From NCBI GenBank assembly GCA_002245135.1, contig NGBS01000600.1:119950-139949 (forward strand): DNA of 20,000 bases. Direction: 5' to 3'. Source of the stretch: Proteromonas lacertae. Taxonomy: Eukaryota. The first letter of the stretch is position 1. Each line of letters begins with the position of its first letter. The translations under genes were made by a program, and so were the position numbers. Positions 19,399 to 20,000 of this stretch are shown here, one piece after another. The notes beneath the pieces are model-generated. The model saw nothing but the letters and a program-made list of their open reading frames with translations, was not told the DNA's origin and ran no database searches.

Positions 19399-20000
19399 TT
19401 AGAAGGGAAGATCGTTAAGCAAGTTACATTGAACTCCACGGTCCTTGAATACTACAATTGGCCTTGATACTCCCACGATATGATCTGTTTCAGATACCTT
19501 ACAATAATGACCACTTCCATCTTCAAGAGGAACGTAAAGTGTTGGTCTACGACATCTAAGGTTAGTTATTATCTCCTCCTTTACCTTCATTGACTTCAAA
19601 GGTAGTTCAGGTGCACACTCAGGTATTGGAATCTCGAATGCTTCTGGGGAGTACTCAGGTATTGGAATATCAACTGGGTTGTTGACGATAAGCTTATCAG
19701 AGAAGGTAAGTTTCTTATGGTGTTGATGATTCTTCTTTGACGATACCTACGCACTCTTCACAGCTCTTGTAATATCCTCCATCCCGTTTCAGAAACTCCT
19801 TCCTTGGGTGGATCTTGAAGCACCTATAGCATAAGACTCCATTCAAAGGTAACTTATTCTAATATAGATTCACACGTCTCATCCTGTATAGTTGTTGATA
19901 CTTATTGCGTTCTTCACGGCATTGACTACAGATCTTATAGAAGTGCTTGCAGTCTCGTTTAATTTCTCTAGGGCGTCTTCTACGACTATAGCAACAAATA
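19399..20000 (-). pseudogene. Orphan gene with two CxxC...YKxCxxC zinc-finger-like repeats (5' end outside the window)
   Basis: Minus frame from the window end: ..CCYSR...FYKICSQCRE...NLY*NK...CYRCFK...EF....YYKSCEEC. It then shifts to a 12-aa tandem (DIPIPEYSPEAF/EIPIPECAPELP; 16-bp repeat at 19617 and 19653) and ORF 19399-19599. Confidence 0.55.

Larger units (their letters stand above)
12861..20000. mobile_element. GC-richer inserted block, probable decayed endogenous large DNA virus or Polinton-like element (runs off the window)
   Basis: Sharp composition shift inside a hAT transposase, structured left end, tightly packed intronless orphan ORFs, RNR, HAD and Zn-finger genes, pervasive frameshifts. 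No hallmark capsid, polymerase or integrase gene seen. Confidence 0.6.

Overview
The window has two compositionally distinct parts. Bases 1-~12860 are very AT-rich (about 20% GC by eye), gene-dense and apparently intronless, and look eukaryotic (protist-like). They hold a cluster of membrane-anchored glycan-modifying genes (GT92, two GT31, three FkbM-type methyltransferases, a GT-A/GT2-like gene, DUF3431), several of them frameshifted or truncated. Interspersed are two decayed hAT transposases and three copies of one long-TIR family (ends TGTTGTG...CACAACA), including a 778-bp foldback element. From ~12861 to the window end, GC rises abruptly to about 40% by eye, in a block that cuts a hAT transposase. 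This block has a structured left end, a recurrent AATTG(G/T)TAAC upstream motif, hairpins between convergent genes, orphan ORFs, a HAD-family gene, a tandem CxxC zinc-finger gene and a fragmented monomeric class II (B12-dependent) ribonucleotide reductase. The best reading is a decaying endogenous large DNA virus or Polinton-like element, but no capsid, polymerase or integrase gene is visible here, so that identity is inference. A ~550-bp fragment with similar composition and the same motif lies at 3737-4280.
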